Shown: positions 26,966 to 42,209 of the stretch, piece after piece
How positions within the stretch are numbered: position 1 is the stretch's first letter
Layout of the letters: each line of letters begins with the position of its first letter
Source of the DNA: the human T2T-CHM13v2.0 reference genome, Homo sapiens
Reading direction: 5' to 3' (one strand)
DNA: 64,000 nucleotides
NCBI RefSeq assembly: GCF_009914755.1
Contig: NC_060931.1
Program-made: the position numbers and the translations under genes
The notes under the pieces: model-generated
Database searches by the model: none
Told to the model about the DNA's origin: nothing
The model's input: only the letters and a program-made list of their open reading frames with translations

Positions 26966-27369
26966 ATACCAATACATTTTACAAGCTAGATGACATGGAC
27001 AAATCATCAAATGACTCCTATTTTCAACACCGACCTAAGAAGAAATAGGAAACTGAAGCAGCTCTATTTCGGTTAAAGAACTTGCATCTGTAATTTAAAG
27101 CCTTCTCACAAAGAAAACTTCATGCCCAGTTGGCTTCATTAATTAATTCTATCAAATATTTAAGGCAAAAATAATAAAAACCCAACATAAATTTTTTCAG
27201 AAAATAGAATAGAATGGAACACTTCCCAACTTATTTTATGAAGCAGAAATACTCTCACTCTAAAACCAGATAAAGAAATCACAAGAAAAAAAAGAATTAA
27301 GACCAATATCCTTCATGATCATGAGGCAAAAATGCCTGGCAAAATATTAACACATAAAAATCAACAATA

Positions 27370-27664
27370 GGCCTGGCATGGTGCCTCACACCTCTAATTC
27401 CAGCACTTTGAGTGGCTGAGGCAGAAGAATTGCTTGAGCTCAGAGGTCTGAAACCAGCCTGAATAACAAACTGAGACTTAATCTCTACAAAAATTTAAAA
27501 AATTAGCCAGGCATGGTGGCATGTGCCTGTGGTCCCAGCTACTTGGGAGGCTGAGTTGGGAGGATTTCTTGGGTCCAGGAGTTCATGGATGCAGTAAGCC
27601 ATGATCATGCTACTGCACTTCAGCCTAGGTAACAGAGCAAGACCCTGTCTCAAAAAAAAAAAAA
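27370..27664 (+). mobile_element. AluJ
   Basis: ttgcttgagctcag, atgatcatg. TSD aaaaatcaa(c/t)a(a/c)ta. Confidence 0.92.
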
Positions 27665-29040
27665 TCAATACTATATAAAACATGATAATATATCATGACC
27701 AATGGGTTTATCTTAGGAATGCAAAGTTGGTTTAACATCTGAAAATCAATGAACATAGCTCACTGTATTAATGACAATAAAAGAGAAACCTCATAAGATA
27801 ATTGCAATAGCTGCACAAAAGGCATTTTATAATAATCAGCGTTTTATGATAAAATCTTTCAACATCCTAAGAATAGAAGGGAACTTCCTCACTTATTAAG
27901 GTCATTTATGAAAAAAAAATTACACCTAAGTTATATTCAATGATGAAAAGTTCAATGCTTTCTGCCTAACATTGGGAACAATGAAAAGATGTGTTCTAAT
28001 GCTGATTTTATTTAGCATTGTAATAAAGGTCCTGGTTAGTGCAGTAAAGCCAAAAAATAAATAAAAGGTACACAGATTTGAAAGGAAGGAGTAGACCTGT
28101 CCTTATTTGCATAACATGATTGTGTATGTTAAAACCCTAAGAAGTATATTTTTTAAGTGAACTAGAACAAAAAAGTGCATTGAGTAAAGTTGCAGGACAC
28201 AAAATCAATAGACAAAATTAACTTTATAATTACAAACTAACAAATAATGAAATTAAACAGTAATACCATTTACAATGAAAAAATATTGGGAAATTTTGGG
28301 ATTAAATTATTAAAAAGAAATTCAACATCTGTACATGAAAACTACTAAAATTCCAAAATGAAGCTAAGAACGATCTAAACAATTAGAGATATGTACTATG
28401 TTCATGGATTGGAATAAGCAATATTTTTTAAATGGCTGTTCTCCTTAGATTGAATTATAGATTCAATGTAATACCAATCCTAGTCCCAAATACTTGTTTG
28501 ATGAAATCAACAAGATAATTAAAAAATTTATATTGAAATACAAAGGACCTAAACTATCCAACACAATTTTGAAAAAGTAAAACAAAGTTTGAGGTCTTAT
28601 ACTACTTGATTTCAAGACTTACTCTAAAGTTACAGTAATCAACACAGTGTGGCATTGGCATAAGAATAGACACAGATCAATGGAATGGGATAGAAAGTCC
28701 AGAAAAAGAAATCTACACATACATTTTCAATTCATTTTTGACAAAAAAAAATGCTGAAGTAATTCAGTGGGAAAAAGACAATCTTTTCAACAACGTACTG
28801 GAATAACAAACGAGTTATGTATCTGAAAAGAAAGGAACGTTGCTGCTTGTTACATATACTGTCTAAAAGATAACTAAAATTTGATCGTAGACCCTAAATG
28901 AAAGAGCTAAAATTATTAGAATTCTAAAAGAAAACATGAGATAAAATCTTTGTGACATTGAGGTAGGCAAAAATTTCTCAGGACACTAAAAATATGAATC
29001 ATAAAAGAAAAATACAAAAAATAGATTTCATTCACTTTAG

Positions 29041-29221
29041 ATTTTTTTTTTTATTATTATACTTTAAGTTCTGGGGTACATGTGCAGAATGTGCAGTTTT
29101 GTTACATAGGTATACACATGCCATGGTGGTTTGCTGCACCCATCAACCCATCACCTACATTAGGTATTTTTCCTAATGCTATCCCTCCCCTAGTCCCCCA
29201 TCCCCTGACAGGCCCCAGTGT
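29041..29221 (-). mobile_element. 5'-truncated L1PA 3' end, no evident TSD
   Basis: ttattattatactttaagttctgggg...acaggccccagtgt. Confidence 0.9.
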
Positions 29222-31114
29222 TTAAAAAATTAATTGGGAAAAGAATAAGGAAAGCCACACCCTGGTAAAGAATTTTAAAAAATACATCTCAGACAAAGAC
29301 TCATATCCAGAATGCTTAAAGGACTCAGTAATAAATTGTAAAAAAAAAAAAATTAAAAGTGGACAAAATTTTTCAAGATAGTTTGCAAAAAACCTGCAAA
29401 TCACCCATAATCACATGAGAAGATGTTCATTATTACTATGTATCATCAAAATGCAAATTAAAACCTCAGTGAGATACCACTACACACCTGCTAGAGTGGC
29501 TAATGTTTAATAGACTGATTTTGCCAACTGATAGTGAAGAAATGGTGTGCATGTGACTCTTATACAATTGATGGTGGAAATGCAAAATGGTATAGCTACT
29601 TTGGAAAATAGTTTGGCAGTTTCCCATAAAGTTAAGTGCAAACATACCATATGACCCAACAATATAATAGCTACAACCTGGCAGCAATCTAAATTGTCAC
29701 TAATGCATGAATTTGAATGCATAAAAATTGAGGTCTGTCAGTCCTATAGATTACTCCTTTGTAGTATAAGGGAATGAAACATTAATACATGGAATAACAT
29801 GGATAAATCTCAAGATCATTATGGTAAGTGAAAGGAGAGAAACACAAAAGACTATGTAATGTGTGATTCTATTTGTAAGAAATTCTAGGAGAGGCAAAAC
29901 TACATAATGACAAAACAGAGCACTTGTTACCTGGGTCTATTGATGGAATAGATGATCCACAGTAAAGGGGCATAGAGGTCTTTCACATCCCTTGTTAGAT
30001 TCATTTCTAGATAGGTTATGTTTTGTGTTATTTTTGTCAATGGAAAAATATAAAAACTCATGGAAAGATGCTAAGAAAAATACCTAAATAAATGGAAAGG
30101 CAGACCAAGTACGCAGAAGGAAGACTCAGGGTTGTAAAGGTGTCCAGTTTCCTCCAAATGGAACTTTCAATTGAATGAAATCTCAATCAGTTTCCCAGGA
30201 GAATTCTTTACTAATTTAACAGGCTGAATGTAATGCATATAAGGCTGAATCTGACACATACAATAAACAGCAAAATCCTAAGGAACACCAAACCCTTCGT
30301 GAAGGAAACTCATAAGGGAAAATTTCCAGATAGCAAGATGTACTACAAAGGTACATAATTTCACAGTGTAGTATCAATGCAGGAATGAGTCAACTCATCA
30401 GGGGACACATAAAAAAAGTCCCATGTGACCCAATGACTGCAGATATTCTTGCTGAAATATTATTGATCACATCACATCTTATAGAGCGAATAATGACCTT
30501 CTCAAATTGTACTGCAACAAATAGTTGCAGATATAAACATACAAAATTAGATTCCTACCTCACACCATACATTCATGTGATTTCCCAGTGAATTAAGGCT
30601 TTATTTTTTAAAGGAAAATTCAAAAGTGTTTCAGAAAATATATAGGAGAACATTACTATGACCATGTAATGGGAAAATATTTATTATATATGTCATATCA
30701 AACACAAAGGGTAAACATTTTTACTATATTAATAATTTCTGCTTATCAAAATATTTTATATATAAAACGAAAACCACAACTAAGAAAATGCACTTTCAAC
30801 ACATAAAACTAATGAATATTTCATATGGGATGTACAAAAAATCTCTTACAAATCAATTAGATAAAAACATTCCAACAGAAAAAAGTGGGCAAAATAAATA
30901 AACCAATGAATTTTATAAAATAAGACAAGAATAGTAAATAAGCACATGAAGAGACTTTTAAACTGATTAACACTCTGATGATGCAAAATAAAATCAGAGA
31001 TACCATTTTTACACCCACTGTATTGGAAGATAGTAAGAAGTTTGAAAATAGCAAGTTTTAGAGAGGATGTGAGTTATGAGATCTCATTCACTATTGGTGC
31101 CTGTTAAAGTGTCA

Positions 31115-31498
<384 letters not shown>

Positions 31499-31877
31499 TC
31501 ATGGTAGAATGGTTTGTAATAACAATAAAACTAGGAATGACTGGTATCCATTGTAATATACACTAGAATCGTGTACATCAGTGAGAACTAAGAGCCAAGA
31601 CAGCATGGACTATTATATTCACCTCAGAAATATGATATAATATAAATTACTGAGGAACACAGTAAATATCACCTTATTAAGGTCAAATGCAAAAAAAAAC
31701 TAAACAACATAGTATTTAAAGATACATAAATATGTGATAAAACTGTTAAAAGTACCGGAATGATAAAATTCAGGAGGAAAAAAAAGTAATCATACGTTCT
31801 AATTCTGAAATGGTCTCATTGGTTTCCGTAGAAACAAGCAGGTTTTATGTACCTCAAATGTAGTACGGCATAATCTT

Positions 31878-32113
31878 TTTTATGTATTTATTTATTTTAT
31901 TAAGTTCCGGGATACATGTGCAGGATGTGCAGGTTTGTAGCATAGGTAAATGTGTACCATGGTGGTTTGCTGCACCTATCAACCCATCACCTAGGTATTA
32001 AGCCCTGCATGCATTAGCTATTTATCCTGATGCTCTCCCTCCTCCTGACCCCTGCAACAGGCCCCAGTGTATGTCGTTCCCCTCTCTGTGTTTTCATTGT
32101 TCAGCTCCCCACT
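31878..32113 (-). mobile_element. 5'-truncated L1PA 3' end
   Basis: ttttaagttccgggatacatgtgcagg...ttcagctcc. TSD gcata(a/c)tctt. Confidence 0.9.
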
Positions 32114-32902
32114 GCATACTCTTAAACAATCATTATGTTTCATGGTGATCAGTAATGTGGGGGCGGGGTAGAAGCAGAGAACTTGGAACTCGTGAGGGGG
32201 TGTCAAAGGTAGTAAATCTTCATCCATTGAAGGCAAACTTGATATTTAGAAATTCATTCAGAGTAAAAGCTAATGGACGAAGGGAGATAAGGTGACAATC
32301 AAATTAAGTAGTAACCTTTTTTGCAACTTATATAACTAACAAACTTAAGTGCTTTCTAAAAAAAAATTCTAAAATTTGCTATATAAGGGCAACTTCACTG
32401 AAATGATTGCAGAGTCTTCCATGTGAGTTCTTTTAATGTGAGATAGCTCATTCAATAGATGCACCTTGGTGTGTTTGCTTAAGAAACAGAAAAATATGAC
32501 TCATTTGATTTGTTCATGAAAGTATTACCAGGAAAATAAATGAAAACAATTTCACCTAAACATCTGTTAACTTTAGCACTGAAGCTTTGGATGTAATTTA
32601 CATAATGCATAAAGTAGATTGATCTAGGACCATGTCGATGATGAAATTTTCATTATATTGATAGACTTTCATTTTCCTCATAAAATCTACACATACTTAA
32701 ATTATAACAACTCTGCTTTTGAATTAATCCAGTCTGCATAATGTTTTTCAGTCATCAACTATTATAGTGTGAAATGCCTTTACCATCAAACTGGCTCAAG
32801 GTTACTGCCTTCACTCAGAAAGATAGTGTTTTCCTTCTCCCCACTGTGGGCCCTGCCTCTCAACCTGCAACCCTACATTTCAGAAAGTAGTTTGCCTGTA
32901 TG

Positions 32903-33528
32903 AAATTTTCTTACTCTCTTCTAAGGTAGTGGCTGCAAAATGGTACCTATCTCTGATTTTAATTTGCATCATCAGAGTGTTAATGACTTTAAGAGTCTAC
33001 TCATGTGCTTACTTACTATTTTTGTTTTATAAAATTTCTTGGTGTACGCATGTTCTCACTCATAGGTGGGAATTGAACAATGAGAACACTTGGACACAGG
33101 AAGGGGAACATCACACACCAGGGCCTGTTGTACGGTGGGGGGCAGGGGGAGGGATAGCATTAGGAGAAATACCTAATGTAAATGATGAGTTAATGGGTGC
33201 AGCACACCAACATGGCACATGTATACATATGTAACAAACCTGCATGTTGTGCACATGTACCCTAGAACTTAAAGTATAATACAAAAAAGAAAAAAAAAAG
33301 GCATAAAAATTCTAGAAGAAAACATTGGAAAGTGTCTTTATCATCTTGGAGGGTCAAAGATCTTTCTAATTATGGTTCAAAACTAAGATGTCGTTAAAGA
33401 TGGATACATTTGATGAAATAAACATTTTTTTAAATTAAAAAAATTATTGGTGTATTTATTTTGCCTATTTTTTTCTGTTGGAGTGTTTTTATCTCATTGA
33501 TTTTGGGGAGTTGTTTTTTATACAACCC
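32903..33528 (-). repeat. Inverted copy of 30827-31043, split by a later L1PA insertion
   Basis: 32903-33046 and 33455-33528 match the reverse complement of the donor (about 80-85%). Flanked by the direct repeat caaccctac(a/c)tttcagaaa at 32868-32886 and 33523-33541. Confidence 0.9.
33047..33439 (+). mobile_element. 5'-truncated L1PA with probable 3' transduction
   Basis: L1PA 3' UTR 33047-33280, A-tail to about 33299, about 135 extra bp with AATAAA at 33417-33422, short A-run. TSD aaaatt(tc/a)ttggtgta at 33031-33046 and 33440-33454. Confidence 0.85.
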
Positions 33529-34179
33529 TACCTTTCAGAAATACACCCTTTCATTCATAGGAGATATATATGTACATGTCCATATGCATACCATTTTGAG
33601 TAAGCGTTTTTACTAATTTTCTAAGGGGATGCTTGAAATCTTGGTTGTTCATCTACAAGAGGCCAGACTCAGCATCTATGAGATGTATAGATTCAAAGGT
33701 ATTCATGGCAGCGAAGAGCTAATTCCTCCAAGCAAGAGCACCTAGGGGAGCTCGTGGAGCAGATGAAAGCATGTTTTGCAGGATGTGGCTATGGGCCACA
33801 AGCATTCTGCATACAGATTTACTCCAAAGTTGGATATAGGAAATTAGTCCCTTTACTAACAGTTGTCTTTGGCTCCTTGGAGTATCTGCTTTCTTAATCT
33901 GCTCTTTGTGTCCTGCCCAAGAACATTCTAGCTGTTCCAAAGGTTTTCGGTGTGTGCGCCTGTGCTTTCTATGTCAATGTGTAAAGTAGGAGAGAAGCAT
34001 CATGTGAGGCTGGATTAAGAAGAGCTGGGCATATTGCACCATATTGAAAGGGCCGTTTGATGAGTGGGAGCCTATCTTTTTTTCAGAACTAGTGATTTTA
34101 CTTTACATAAGCATTCGTCAAAAGTTGAGGAGAGTTCCTTGATGTTTCATGTGGTTTTTTTCTACTTCCTCTCTTACAG

Positions 34180-34274
34180 ATACAGAATTCATCTACAGAG
34201 AACAGAAAGGAACAGTGAGACTGTGGAATGTTGAAACAAATACTTCTACTGTCTTAATAGAAGGCAAAAAAATT
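34180..34274 (+). CDS. DPP6: DPP6 internal coding exon (95 nt, phase 1 to 0; probably exon 4), beta-propeller region
   Basis: Polypyrimidine tract + CAG acceptor (tctacttcctctcttacag, ends 34179) and GTAAGT donor at 34275. Translates (D)[31 protein letters not shown], recognised as DPP6. Confidence 0.96.
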
Positions 34275-34789
34275 GTAAGTACTCTCTTTAATGACCGGGA
34301 TAATTTCAGTTTTTCTTCCTGCAAGTCAATAAAACAGAAAATGACTTTTGGTTTCAACTTTTAGCATAGCCAAGGAGAAGCAATAAACTTGTAATACTAC
34401 AGGCTGAGCAACCAAAGATAATGTGAAATTGAAACCACGCTAATTCAATAAGATGAAAGCACTGTTTCTTTCATTGTCTGGGAAATTTCTCTGCAGGTGT
34501 TGGGAACAAGTGTTGCATATCATATATAATTAAAAGATAAAGTCCTAAGGCTTTTACACATTTACAGAACAATTGCAATAATGCATGTAGAATACTTCAG
34601 GAGAATTTGCTCAATCCTGTTTAAAAAAAGCTCGTCTCCGCATGCATAGGAAGTATTAACTTAGGCACTGTGACTGTACTTACCCTAATTATATTAAGTG
34701 GATGCTTATGCCTCAAAGTAAATACTGAGTCAATATGAATGCCACTGCTTTATGATTTGGGAAAACTTGTTTTCCCAAATATATGTATA

Positions 34790-35101
<312 letters not shown>

Positions 35102-37289
35102 TAAGATTTGATGTTCATGTACGGTTAAAGATATGTATTAGAAATATTGACTGGAGTTATACACCAAAATCAATTTAAAGAGAATTAACATTTTGTTTGT
35201 TTACAAAATGTTCAGACTCTTATTAGAATAAATAAATCTCCAACTCAAAGCAGTTGATTCTTTTCTTGTTTGAGACACTGGGGAAATCAAAGGACAGAAC
35301 TAAGGTTAAAGCTATGTTAAAAAGCAAGAATTGAAACAGGCTGTGAATCCCGTTAAAGCGATCATAACAGGGCTCTGGTATGAATCAGAAACACAGAAAT
35401 CCTAGAATCCTATAATCCGGGATTAGAGGAGGTTGTAAAAAAAATTAACCGGTTCCCTGGTTTTACAGATAAGGATCCTGAGCGAGACTTAGAGCATGAG
35501 CTTTTGAGTCTCACAGCTCAGTGATGGCTGAGGGAGCATTCAGGTGGTGTCCCAGAAGCCTGTGTCCCAGGGAGAAGGAAGGATGGCTTCATCTTTACCC
35601 TACCCCATCCCCAGATCCACAGAAATGCTGTGCTGCCTTCTTTTCCCTCCTAAAGAACATGTAACTTGCTATTTAAATACTTTCATTTCTTTTCTTTTGC
35701 ATAAAGATACCTTTTTATTAAAAGGTTTGCTGAGATTTAGTATTAAATGCATGCTGCCCCTAACATAGACTGCAGGCGTAAGGGAGGCCTCACGCTGTTG
35801 GATGATGGCATAGTTCCAAAAATGATCACTTTATTGAATTAAATAGTATTCTGCAAAGTAGGACCTAGGACAAATGAATGTGCCTGCATTTTTGCATTAA
35901 AAAAATCATCTTTGGTAGAATTACTCCCCTAAGAGAATCTGATTCAACTCACTTAGAAATACTAACGTTGTAGAAATGGTTTTCTAATATTAATAGAGAG
36001 GATAAAATGATCAGACTGTTGCTGAGCGTCAGTGCATTTTAATGTCGGAATGTTATCATTATTTCCTGTGAGGATGTCAGTTTAGTAAAGGCTGGGTGTT
36101 GTACATAACAGCAGCACTTAGCAATGAAATACATGAATGTGAACCGCCTTCTCTTTCTAAAATCAATAGCTTGTGACAGATCATATATTTTAACTGAAGT
36201 TATTTTAGCCAAGTCGCCTTTAATAAGGTGACTTCAGAAACCACCATGGGTAAAGAAAAGTTCTCATCTCAGAAATTCGCTGGCTTATTCTATATAATGC
36301 AATCTTTTTTCCTTAAAATGTCACTTTTCCATCCATTTTATAAACATTTATTAAGCACCAAATATGTACAGCCTAATGGATTCATTATTCCTTTCTCAAA
36401 GCTACATTTAAATGCTCCTGTCAACAGACTCAAAATAAAGAAGACAAAAAATGTCATTTAGAGGTCTGCATCCTAATTTAATTTAATCTGGATTTAATTT
36501 CCGCAGAGCCACTTAGTCATTTAAAATTATCATGCCTCAATTGCTCTATCTCCAAATTAAAGCTGATTTCTTCTGCCAGCCCAGAACCTGGGTACTCTGT
36601 GAGATCCAGCAATGGAATATGTGTATGCTCTGTGTGTTTTCATGAGCAAGTATGGAGAAGGTGAAGCCTGGTGTTCCACAGGGGCTGGAGGTTGGAGGAT
36701 CACCCACAGCCTGGAGGAATTGGGAATGGGGAGCAGTAGCTCTTCCATATTCTGTTCTCTTGCCTTCCTGGTGACTGATCAGGTGTTCTCTTCTCATTTG
36801 AATTCCAGAAGCTGTGAGCTTGTATAAATGATAAAAAGCAATCTGAGGCCAACGGTAATTTTTAAGTTGGGCTATAAAACAGCCTTAAACAAGTTGAGAA
36901 ATGGAAAGGAATTGGTAAATTCTGTGGTCAGCAGAATTTTAAAATATTCCCTACAACCTTGACCTCTAATAACCTCATTCTCTTTCCCGAGCCAATAAAA
37001 ACAGACCCTCCTCATAGCTGGTCACTGCAAGGTACCAAAGCCTGTTTGCCTCCAGCTTCTTCTTTGCTCCTGCGCTTACTGTGATTGGCTCTTACATGGG
37101 ACAGGTGGATGGAAGGGCCTGCAAATCACTGCAAACATTTTGTCAATCCAGCAGGAAAGCTTTTAAGATAGCTGGTGATTAAGCAAATTCAGAGCTTGTG
37201 CTAAGTTCTGTATTTACATGGATGTATTTCACCTTTCCTTCCCCCAAACAATTTCTTTTGACTAAATTTACTAATTCAGTCATCCTTTA

Positions 37290-37662
<373 letters not shown>

Positions 37663-37734
37663 GAGTTTCTGTATGTGTAAACATTTAAAATTCTATGATG
37701 ATTATATTATGGTTCACAATTTGGGGGGCATTCT

Positions 37735-37818
37735 TTTGTTTTATATATATATATAAAACAAATATATATACACACAAATATATGTATTTTATATATATAT
37801 TTTATATATATATATATA
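37735..37818. repeat. (TA)n-rich tract containing a perfect 28-bp palindrome
   Basis: tttgtttt(at)6aaaacaaa at 37735-37762. Confidence 0.9.
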
Positions 37819-39057
37819 GTGGGCTATTTCCTGATCCTTATTATTTGATAGCATATCATCTTTGATGGTAGCTAAGAACTGCTTTTTAGAAAACATTTAT
37901 CAAAATGTCTTGATCCATTTCCTCTTTTGAGAATTTTTGAAGTGCTTGTCTACATTTCTACAGAAAATGAATCAAATAAAAGCACAGTTGTCCCCAAAGC
38001 ACAAGTGCATCATCTCTGAAGTAGCTCTCCTCAGCTGTAAAGGCTGCTGCCCAGTTCTAAGCTCACTGGAGCAGGTTCTGTTTGGGATTTAATTTTGTCT
38101 CCCACATAGTGCTCAGCACCATGACCTGCACATAGTAGATGCTCCACTGCTATGTGTTTTATGAATGACCACTCTAGAATAACAAAACAATAGAGTTGAG
38201 CAGTTTTCCAGAAACATCCATGTGAGTGACAGGTGTGGAGGGGCATTCAGCACTGGGGTCATGACTTTGAGCTTCAGGTCTACCTTCCAGCCTTGGCATT
38301 GTGCTCTGCTCAGGAACAACAGGACCCCAGCCGGTTGTGCAAGTTCTGAATGTCCAGTCTTATCCCTCAGGAGTGTCGTAGGACTGAATTACAGTTGTAA
38401 CAGCTGGAATGTGGGTATATGCCACATGTGGATTCCAGAGCGTTAGGCTAGACCAAAGAGCCTGGGCCAGGCTCAGGGCTCAGGCAGGAGGAGTGGGTTG
38501 GTTCTATGAAGGAAGAGACAGAGGATGATGATGTCCAAAGGAGCATGACAAGGATGCTGCCGCATGTGGGCGGCTGCGTGGGTCCAGGCAGCAGTAGCAG
38601 ACAGTGGAATCCACGCCACTTTAGTTTTGAGGTCCATCCCTCATGAAGCTGGATGTAGCCTGCATCCCAGAGTGAGGCAGAGGCATCCAGAGCTGGTAAT
38701 TACAGCAAGAGGCACTCGCAGAACTCTAAACATCAATAAAAAATCAAACCTAAGCTCACTTTTATTTGAATTACATGTTTGATGTCACAGAAATTCCGGG
38801 ACCTTACACTTTACTCTTTTAAACACAATTTTAAATGTCAATGTTATTTTACGTTTCATGCTCCTTATAAGACTCTTGTCAACAAGATAGCACATCTTAT
38901 CAAATGGCCTTTGTTCTATTATGTATCTTGTTTTTTTTTCCTAAAAAATGAACCACCACAAATATATCTCATGGTCCAAAATTGGATCTTTGGACATTTG
39001 GCCAATGGTTGCCTGGTTCCTAAAGTCCTCATGAATTTTTATCTTCTGAGTAGAACA

Positions 39058-39167
39058 CTCCTTTTTCCTTTCCCTCCCTCCCTCCTTTTCTTCATCCTTC
39101 ACTCCTCCCTCCCTCCCTCCCTTCCTTCCTTCCTTCCTTCCATCCTTCCTTCCTTCCTTCCTTCCTT
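39058..39167. repeat. (CCTT/CCCT)n polypyrimidine tract
   Basis: Directly visible. Confidence 0.93.
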
Positions 39168-40941
39168 GTAGAAATACACTTAAAATAGCCTTAATACATT
39201 TTGCTGAACTAAATAGATTTCTTGGGGACTTAATTCTTACAAAAATTTAACACCATCTCTCCAATTCTTTTAAAACATAATAGAGCAAAAATTATCAGAA
39301 GGGTGAAGTGTTTCACCAGTGCTTAATATTTAGATATTTAAAGCTGAAATAGTCTTTAGAGACTGTGTCTTTCAAACTCTTCTTTTATGAGGTGAGGAAA
39401 CTAAGAATTTCTAAGAACAGTTCTCTGGCTTAACCTCCACTGATAGTGCTATGGATGTAACGCACCAGTTGAGAATGAGTCACTGTATTGACCTGTGTCA
39501 CTCATACTGTATAGGCCCTTTTTATTGACAATGCTATCAGTGACAAGAAGCATTAAGATTTATATAGTCATTCATTGTATCACTTAAATTCTGCCAGGTG
39601 TTTGGAAAGCAACTTAGTGATACGTTTCAGGAGCAGTAACAATATTGATGCATTTTTATTTGCTCTGGGGAATGCTTCTGTACAAAGTTGCAGCATTATT
39701 TGTTAATACAATAGTGAAAATACTTGAAACTAGGAAAATGAGATAACTTTTTAAAAAAAGATAAAATATGATGTATTCATTAAAATAATAGCTATGAAGG
39801 GTATGTAGCGATACAAAAAATATTTATGATATATTTTAAAAAGATACAATATACTAGGCTAACAACTATATATATTGAAAGGCTAGAAAGTGAACACTGA
39901 ACTATGAAAATACTTAATCTTGTTGGGTGGTGAGATTTTGTGTATTATTTTCTAGTGTGGTGATTTCCATAACTGCCATTTCAATGCCATTTATTCAATA
40001 ATTTTAATCGGGATTTAAAAATTTTGGTTTCATCTTTCAAAAAACAGCAGACTGCCTTCTCACAATGAGTATGTAAGAGCTGTAGACAGTTCCCGGAAAT
40101 TCTTGAAGGAGAAAATAAGTCGATTATTTAAAAAAAAAAAAAAAGTATTCTGTTGTTATGCTTATGTCAGGCTTTCTCCATTTTTATGTCTTGTTTTAAT
40201 TACTAATTTCTTTGTTTTAATTGCTTATTTTAATGACTAAATTAACATCTAAATGAAATGTATTTTCTCTAAGCTGTATCCTTCTTGGTTTTATATAATC
40301 ATAGATGTAGAATTTGAATTTTTATCTCTGTCTCTAAAAATTAATTAATTCTGACTCCTCACAGAAAGAGACATAAATAGGCAAGTATTATTAGACCCAT
40401 TCCAAAATAAGAAGAACAAATAATAGGCCTGTTTGTACTACCAGAGGAACTCCAGAATGTGGCTGAGATTAGAACTCGAGACTACTTTCTTTTTACTTCT
40501 TCAAATAAACTCCACTGGATACTTGACCCCTGCATCAGTAATTCTCACTTTATTCTATGTCATTTAATTTCTGTTAAGTGCTTTATGCGCTAGTCCTCTC
40601 AGCCCTGAAACAGGGTAAATTTGGAAGGAAACAGAAGCCCACTTTCTTACCTCTTTCTCTTTTCTGTTCTGCACAGAGCCCAGTGCACTGTTGAATGGGA
40701 AGCACAGGATGTTCTGACAGGTGTCATCTCAGCCAGGAACAGGCTGGCCCCCGGGAAGTGGGCTCAGCCTCGGTTTCAGCTCCTGTTGTCCTGAGTTCAC
40801 TGACCACTGATAACCAGGACGGTGGCTGCAACTTCAGTGGGCCAGCAATGGCCCATGAGCCATCTCTAATCTGAGGCTGGATTTCACTTAGCATGTCAGT
40901 GAAAACCATGAGGGGAAACAGCCGTGTTTTTGTGTACGGTT

Positions 40942-41211
40942 GAGAGGGCATAAACTGGCAGCTCGTGATGCCCACTGAAATGTTTTGTTTGGCCCACAGA
41001 GTGGTTTTTACAAACTAACCCAGATTTCTGGCGTCTCTTGAAAAATACAAAGATCTGGCAGCAGCAAGATCCTCATTTGCTCACAGAGAGCAAAATTTGG
41101 CTGGAGCTAAGAGGCAGCTGGCCCCTCAGACAGGACATGGGCCGACCAGCCCTGCAGTGACCCACATTTGCTGACTTCTAACCAGACTGGTCTCTGAGTT
41201 TGAAACCCCTT
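40942..41211 (+). mobile_element. MER102 (hAT-Charlie)
   Basis: aaactggcag...tgttttgtttggccc...ctcttgaaaaat..aagatctggca...gagtttgaaacccct. Confidence 0.8.
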
Positions 41212-41566
41212 TTAGTTCAGGAACAAAAGGGTGGCATAAGAACTCAATGTCTTCTGCAAGAACGTTGCACATTGTGAGAAATCGTAGCACAAACTGTCTT
41301 GGTATTATCTGTATTCATTTCTGTCTGTAAAATTCCCTGGATCCTCTTTGTCCCCCTATGTCATTATTTCATTTTTCTCCTGTGTCTCAGAGGGTCTCTC
41401 TCTCTCTTTTTTTTTCTTTTGTCTTTCTTGTCCTACTTTTCTCTCTCCTGCCTTTTCTGTTTCTACTTCTCTTACTACAAGATAGAACAGAAAACAAGTA
41501 TATTTTACTTACTTTTATTCTAACTTTTACCACATAGACCATGATTTTACTTTTTAAAGTGGATGA

Positions 41567-42209
<643 letters not shown>

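Noticed and set aside
34149-34364. 71-aa ORF from the track as a standalone gene
   Set aside because: It is the DPP6 exon read through flanking intron; splice sites delimit 34180-34274.
38111-38131. REST/RE1-like tcagcaccatgacctg in an L2 fragment
   Set aside because: Left half-site only; the GGACAG half is badly mismatched.
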